A stretch of DNA of 64,000 bases from Candidatus Poribacteria bacterium. Lineage in GTDB: Bacteria; Poribacteria; WGA-4E; WGA-3G. The stretch covers positions 672,001 to 736,000 of the forward strand of contig CAXXLX010000002.1 in assembly GCA_963665235.2 (NCBI GenBank). The letters run 5' to 3'. Shown one piece after another: positions 59,180 through 64,000 of this stretch; positions within the stretch are counted from its first letter, which is position 1; each line of letters opens with the position of its first letter. The notes under the pieces were generated by a model. It was not told the DNA's origin, made no database searches, and saw nothing but the letters and a program-made list of their open reading frames with translations. The position numbers and the translations under genes are program-made.

Positions 59180-60142
59180 ATGGCTACGAAAGATACAAAA
59201 GTTGGGCTTGCCAAAACCGGCAGGCGACGTTCTAACGTTTTTGAGGCACTAGACAACATCCGAGAACACCTCACGCCGAAAGTCCGTGAACAGGTGCTGT
59301 TGAAACCGAATTTCCTCTCCAGCACAAACCAGCTCGCTTCATCGCACGTCGATGCAATGCGTGGGGCATTAGACTTCCTGCTAAGCACCCCGCACCCCCC
59401 AAAAGAGGTAATCATCGGTGAAGGCGGAAACGAAGCGTTTTCAGGCGAGGCATTTCAGGTCTTCGGGTATAAAGCATTACAAGCCGAATACGATGTACCA
59501 ATCCACCTCACCGATCTGAATCAAGAAACGGAATGGGTAGAGACAAAGGTTTTTCTCACCGGGCGAGAAGAGGATACAGTCCGAATGCCCAAAACCGTCC
59601 TAGACTGCCCCTGCACAATTTCCATCGCAGTTGCGAAAACCCACGACGCAGGAGTCGTGACACTCGCAATCAAAAACATGATTATGGGCACTATACATCG
59701 GGAGGACAGGATTAAAGTACACGGCTATCACAGCCACGCCGATCGGGTGCTACCGCGTGAAGCACAAACGATTAATATCAACCTACTGCGCCTCTCGCGT
59801 TACCTCAGACCCGATATCGCAATCGTTGACGGCACCGTTGGGTTACAGGGGAACGGCCCCGGTGGCACTAATTCTGTCCCGCTCGGCATTGCCGTTGCAA
59901 GTGGCGATGCCTTCGCAGCAGACGCTGTCACCTCAAAGGCGATGGGATTTGAACCGTTGGAGATTGGACTCTTCCATTATGCAAATGAGATAGGTTACGG
60001 CACCGCCGATTTGGATAAAATTGAGGTTGTCGGCCCCAGTATCGACTCCGTTGCGATACCGTTTAAACCGCATGAAACCGCTGAACTCCAGCTACAATGG
60101 CATGAAGCGAACTACGCCCAATACCTTAACGCGCATGCATAA
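59180..60142 (+). CDS. DUF362 domain protein
   Basis: VLLKPN, IGEG, AKTH...TLAIKNM.MG, IVDG..G..GNGP, D..A.D....MGF. Confidence 0.85.
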   Translation: MATKDTKVGLAKTGRRRSNVFEALDNIREHLTPKVREQVLLKPNFLSSTNQLASSHVDAMRGALDFLLSTPHPPKEVIIGEGGNEAFSGEAFQVFGYKALQAEYDVPIHLTDLNQETEWVETKVFLTGREEDTVRMPKTVLDCPCTISIAVAKTHDAGVVTLAIKNMIMGTIHREDRIKVHGYHSHADRVLPREAQTININLLRLSRYLRPDIAIVDGTVGLQGNGPGGTNSVPLGIAVASGDAFAADAVTSKAMGFEPLEIGLFHYANEIGYGTADLDKIEVVGPSIDSVAIPFKPHETAELQLQWHEANYAQYLNAHA

Positions 60143-60152
60143 AAGGAGAATT

Positions 60153-61022
60153 ATGAAACGTTTCTATAGGACATTGCTGCTGTTCTCATTCATCCTCATT
60201 ACGCCCACCTGGGCGTGGTGGGGTGGGGGACACGATATCCTCACACAAGCAGCGATACAAACCCTCCCTGAGGAGATGCCCGAATTTTTCCGGACCGCTA
60301 CAGCCCAGAAAATGATTGCACACTGTACTTACGACCCGGATATATCGAAAGAGCGCCATACACCCCATGCACGAGCCGCTGAATACGGCGAACACTACTT
60401 TGATCTGGAGCTTATCAAGGACAATCCGATACCAGCGAATCGAAACGATTTTATTAAACTGTGTGCAGCATTAGAACTTGAACCGAGTAAAGTCGGCTTC
60501 CTGCCTTATGCACTCGCTGAATGGACAGAAAGACTCGCCGTCGCTTTCGCTGAACATCGTAAATGGCCAGATAATCAGATAATCCGATACAAATGTTTTG
60601 TATACGCAGGTTTCCTCGCACACTACGCACAGGACATGTGTCAACCGTTGCATCTAACAGTGAATTTCGACGGAATCGTCCAGAAAGATGGAACGCGCCT
60701 CCATAGAGGTATCCATGAAAAGGTCGATTCGGCTGTTGAAACTCTGAAACTGAACCCGACCGACCTTGCGAAAGCGCAGGAAGTAAAACATGTTGGCGAT
60801 TTGATGCCCGCTATTGCTGAACAGATTAAGGCAGGATACGGCTTAGTAGACAACGTTTACAACCTCGTCGAAGACTTTCAAAATCTCAAACAGCCCTCAC
60901 CGGCTTTGGTTGATTTCACAACGGAACGTTCACGCGAAGCGGTGCGTTGGACCGCCTCCCTCTACCTCACCGCGTGGAAATTATCTGAGAACTTACAGCT
61001 GCCAGGGTGGCTCGAACGCTAA
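60153..61022 (+). CDS. Secreted S1/P1 nuclease / Zn-dependent phospholipase C family protein
   Basis: Signal peptide TWA|W, mature W...GH, DPD, HYFD, HYAQDMCQPLH, IHEKVD zinc ligands. Confidence 0.8.
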   Translation: MKRFYRTLLLFSFILITPTWAWWGGGHDILTQAAIQTLPEEMPEFFRTATAQKMIAHCTYDPDISKERHTPHARAAEYGEHYFDLELIKDNPIPANRNDFIKLCAALELEPSKVGFLPYALAEWTERLAVAFAEHRKWPDNQIIRYKCFVYAGFLAHYAQDMCQPLHLTVNFDGIVQKDGTRLHRGIHEKVDSAVETLKLNPTDLAKAQEVKHVGDLMPAIAEQIKAGYGLVDNVYNLVEDFQNLKQPSPALVDFTTERSREAVRWTASLYLTAWKLSENLQLPGWLER

Positions 61023-61030
61023 AAATTAAC

Positions 61031-61059
61031 TTGACACGCTATCGCCCTCATGGTATCCT
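61031..61059 (+). promoter_or_regulatory. Sigma70-type promoter, probably giving a leaderless transcript
   Basis: TTGACA-17 nt-TATCCT with extended -10 TG, 7 nt before ATG 61067; no SD. Confidence 0.55.
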
Positions 61060-61066
61060 TAATTTT

Positions 61067-61330
61067 ATGGAAGAAAAAAACAATTTACCCGATATTATTC
61101 CGAACGCTGTCTTCGATTTAGGAGAACTCGGATGTGGCGACCTTATCATCGCACTCCTAAAATCCATGAGAACTCTTGAACCGGGACAGATAGCACAAAT
61201 CCGCGCACTCGACCCAGGCGCACCTGTGGACATCGCGGCATGGTGCAACATGAAAGGCAATGAACTTCTTGCAGATTGTTGCGGAGAAGACAATGCCTAT
61301 TTTTATATCAAAAAAGGAGATAATTCTTAA
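61067..61330 (+). CDS. TusA/SirA-like sulfur carrier protein
   Basis: D.GELGCG, L.PGQ...I.A.DPGA..DI.AWC...GNELL. Confidence 0.85.
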   Translation: MEEKNNLPDIIPNAVFDLGELGCGDLIIALLKSMRTLEPGQIAQIRALDPGAPVDIAAWCNMKGNELLADCCGEDNAYFYIKKGDNS

Positions 61331-61689
61331 TGGCTAAGTTGATGATTAGCATCACACACGCGAAAGATAACACCGACAAAGCGACCGTCGGGTTCGTCGT
61401 CGCTAACGCATCCGTCGCATCCGGCGTTGAGACGGTTGTATTCCTCAGCACGGAGGGGGTTCATCTTTCGCAAAACGGATACGCCGAGCCCATTCACGAA
61501 GAGGGTTTCGCACCACTACAACAGCTCATGGATGATTTCGTTGAAGTAGGTGGAACCATTTGGGTCTGTTCCCCCTGTTTCAAAAAGCGGAACCTTGATG
61601 CAGATAACCTTGTGGAAGGGGCACTCATTGTCGGAGGTGCGAAGGCTGTTGAATTCTTAACCACCGGCGGCTCTAGTATTACCTATTGA
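61330..61689 (+). CDS. DsrE/DsrF-like protein
   Basis: ANA.VA.G....VFL..EGV, GG.IWVCSPCF..R, GG. Confidence 0.85.
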   Translation: MAKLMISITHAKDNTDKATVGFVVANASVASGVETVVFLSTEGVHLSQNGYAEPIHEEGFAPLQQLMDDFVEVGGTIWVCSPCFKKRNLDADNLVEGALIVGGAKAVEFLTTGGSSITY

Positions 61690-61885
61690 CACCGAGGCAA
61701 GGAGTTCCTGCTGCCCGCAGTAGAAACATCCGACCGGGCTCGGTTGAGCCCAGCTTGCTCGAAGAAAATCCCTCCCCCTTTTGGCGACGCTGTCCACAGA
61801 ATTCCGCTGGGAGGGATTTTCGCTATAAAACACACCCCGCTGGATTTCCGTTTTCATTAAAACACCTACAGGACAAAATAAAAAA

Positions 61886-62626
61886 ATGCGCGAAGAAGAT
61901 TTACACGCACCAGACTCACTACAAACACCCCATATCTGCGAAGGTGGAAACCTTGACTGCGGTTCCGGGCTACTCCTGCTCATTCGTAAATCCATGGAGA
62001 AGGTGCCGGATGGTGAAGTCCTCGAAATTCGCAGTACAGAGATTAGTGTCAAAGAAGACCTACCCGCGTGGTGTCGAATGACCGAAAATCCATATCTCGG
62101 ATGGCGCGCCGCAGCAGCACATAACAAATACTTCGTACAGCGCGGCGAAGCGGAACAGGATGCAGATGCCGCTTATGAACAAGCGCGAGATTACAAATGG
62201 CAAACCCGTATCCATTGGGATGGCGGGTTACAGGCAAAGGTCTTCTGCCGAAACCATTCCTGGACAGTCGGCCAACCTGCTAGCTTTGACGTACGAGATG
62301 CCGCCCCAAGTGCAGTGGAATACGTCCTCGGCGCACTCGGCGCGTGTTTAGCGATGGGATTCCAGATACGCGCCTCACAGCAGAAAATAGAAATTGATGA
62401 ATTGGAAATCTCCTTAAGCGGTCAAATTGACAACATCTTCGTTTTTCTCGGCACCGAACAGGGGGGACATAGCGGTTTCAAAGCCGTGCAAGGCACAATT
62501 TATGTCGCATCGGATGCAGACGATGACGTTTTAGAAACCCTCTGGCAGGAAACCCTCACCGCCTCCCCCGTGACGAATACGTTGACGCGGGATGTTAATA
62601 TAGATGTTGATCTCCGCGTGATATAG
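61886..62626 (+). CDS. TusA-like domain fused to an OsmC-like domain
   Basis: GGNLDCGSGLLL.IR..M...GEVLEIRSTE..V.EDLPAWCR; PSAVEYVLGALGAC, SPV.NTL. Confidence 0.85.
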   Translation: MREEDLHAPDSLQTPHICEGGNLDCGSGLLLLIRKSMEKVPDGEVLEIRSTEISVKEDLPAWCRMTENPYLGWRAAAAHNKYFVQRGEAEQDADAAYEQARDYKWQTRIHWDGGLQAKVFCRNHSWTVGQPASFDVRDAAPSAVEYVLGALGACLAMGFQIRASQQKIEIDELEISLSGQIDNIFVFLGTEQGGHSGFKAVQGTIYVASDADDDVLETLWQETLTASPVTNTLTRDVNIDVDLRVI

Positions 62627-62634
62627 GAAAAATT

Positions 62635-62985
62635 ATGACACAGCTTCTTGAAAAAATGCTCAATGAGGTCTATAAATTGCCCCCTGAAAAACAGGACGCT
62701 ATTGCTTTGATAATTCTTGAGGAACTTGAAGATGAGCAGCGATGGGACAAAACTTTTGCTGAATCGCAGGAAGTACTAGCCCAACTTGCTCAAGAAGCCC
62801 GCGATGATATTAAAGCAGGACGTGTGAAAAAAATGGGGTCGTATCTGACCGAGAATTTTATCGCCCGTCAAAACACACGCGAAATCCACTCTTCCACGCT
62901 TCCAGCTGTGAACCTATCTGACCTCGTATCATGCTTCCATCCTTCCCTCTATCATGTACAAAAACTTTACACACTCGACTGCTGA
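62635..62985 (+). CDS. Small antitoxin-like hypothetical protein; its true C-terminus is lost and the ORF runs into repeat DNA
   Basis: MTQLLEK...LP.E.QDAIA..ILEELEDEQRWD..FA.S...LA.LA.EA......GR pattern; the last 40 or so codons overlap the family C MITE end. Confidence 0.55.
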   Translation: MTQLLEKMLNEVYKLPPEKQDAIALIILEELEDEQRWDKTFAESQEVLAQLAQEARDDIKAGRVKKMGSYLTENFIARQNTREIHSSTLPAVNLSDLVSCFHPSLYHVQKLYTLDC

Positions 62986-62993
62986 TTCCTTCC

Positions 62994-63022
62994 TTGCATT
63001 TTTCCAGACACTGTGCTATAAT
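62994..63022 (+). promoter_or_regulatory. Sigma70-type promoter
   Basis: TTGCAT-17 nt-TATAAT with extended -10 TG. Confidence 0.55.
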
Positions 63023-63050
63023 TCATCGAACAAAACAAAGGAGCTGAACA

Positions 63051-64000
63051 GTGAACAATTTACCACAATTTCCCGTAACCGTTGTCGGCAGCATGCCCCG
63101 CTCGAGAACGGTAGCACGCGCATTACGAAACAGACAAAAAAACCGCATAACAGATGCCGACTTTAACGCCATAGCAGACGAAGCCGTCATCGAAAGCCTC
63201 AAATTGCAAGAAACAACCGGCGTAGATATCGTCAGCGATGGCGAACAACGCCGCGACAACTTTTATTCCTTCATCACCGAGTGTATTGACGGCATCCGAC
63301 TGATGACACTCGCCGAAATGCTCGACTATGTCGAAGATAAAGCCGCCTTTGAACAACTACTCAACGCGTTAGATGTTCCCGCGTTTGCCCTGAAAAACCC
63401 CGTCGTTGATGGAAAGTTAGCACGGACCGCCCCGCTCGTTCTTGACGATTACCGCTTTCTTAAACAGCATACAACTAAACCGATTAAAGTGACCCTGCCC
63501 GGGCCGTATCTCTTAACCCGTTCCATGTGGGTGAAAAAATTATCCTACGAATTCTATCCCGATAAAGAATCTCTAGGCGATGATGTTGTAGCAGTGCTAC
63601 GTCAAGAATTGCGAGAATTACAGGACGCAGGCTGCGAATTTGTCCAATTTGATGAACCTGTCCTAACCGAAGTCGCCTTCACCGGCCCGCATGAAACGCA
63701 TACGTTTATGTGCGCCGCGCTTTCCGAAAAAAGCAGCCCAGAAGAGGAACTCAATTTTGCAGTTGAACTCATGAATCGCGTCGTTGCGGGGATAGATGAA
63801 AACATGAAGACCGCGCTCCATGTTTGCCGCGGCAACTGGAGTCAGCAGGAGGAAGTCCTACTCCGCGGCTCTTACGACCTGCTAATCCCCTATTTCAGCC
63901 GAATGAACGTAAATCAGTTCGTGCTGGAATACGCCACGGAACGTGCTGGCAGCATCGACGTCCTCGGTGAACTGCCCACCGATAAGGAGATTGGGCTAGG
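63051..64000 (+). CDS. Cobalamin-independent methionine synthase II family protein, partial (runs off the window end)
   Basis: Manual translation from GTG after AAGGAG: TVVGSMPR, QETTGVDIVSDGEQRRDNF, KVTLPGP, VQFDEP, HVCRGNW, LEYAT. Confidence 0.9.
   Translation, partial: MNNLPQFPVTVVGSMPRSRTVARALRNRQKNRITDADFNAIADEAVIESLKLQETTGVDIVSDGEQRRDNFYSFITECIDGIRLMTLAEMLDYVEDKAAFEQLLNALDVPAFALKNPVVDGKLARTAPLVLDDYRFLKQHTTKPIKVTLPGPYLLTRSMWVKKLSYEFYPDKESLGDDVVAVLRQELRELQDAGCEFVQFDEPVLTEVAFTGPHETHTFMCAALSEKSSPEEELNFAVELMNRVVAGIDENMKTALHVCRGNWSQQEEVLLRGSYDLLIPYFSRMNVNQFVLEYATERAGSIDVLGELPTDKEIGL

Noticed and set aside
61686-62081. 131-aa ORF bridging dsrE and the tusA-osmC gene
   Set aside because: No recognisable motifs; it spans a structured spacer and overlaps the better-supported 61886 ORF out of frame

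Overview
Bacterial chromosomal window of roughly 48-50% GC (estimated by eye). The gene content (PhyH dioxygenase, WD40, DUF1553/DUF1501 pair, lamin-tail/Ig giant protein ending in a K-L-x-T-W-x-x-I-K motif, AAA+PD-(D/E)xK paralogs, Rpn) suggests a sponge-symbiont type such as Ca. Poribacteria; this is inference only. Housekeeping genes include moaB (partial), maf, yebC-ruvC-ruvA-ruvB-queA-yajC and murQ with a sugar kinase. Main highlights: (1) a gene the ORF track splits into pieces, an exported two-domain peroxiredoxin with two in-frame UGA codons at the catalytic positions, each followed by a related SECIS-like hairpin; (2) an ElbD-like reductase-adenylation-ACP-acyltransferase plus a HAD phosphatase (ether lipid synthesis); (3) a 3263-aa protein with 24 Ig-like repeats behind a perfect sigma-54 promoter and five palindromic enhancer-like boxes; (4) Rpn-style gene-within-gene architecture, both in a truncated Rpn and in an uncharacterised membrane protein that has a stand-alone copy of its C-terminal module; (5) a TusA/DsrE/TusA-OsmC sulfur-relay cluster before a MetE-II-like gene; (6) many intergenic REP-like hairpin arrays with compensatory base changes, carried inside several nested MITE shells with target-site duplications. 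No rRNA, tRNA, CRISPR array or cas gene was recognised.
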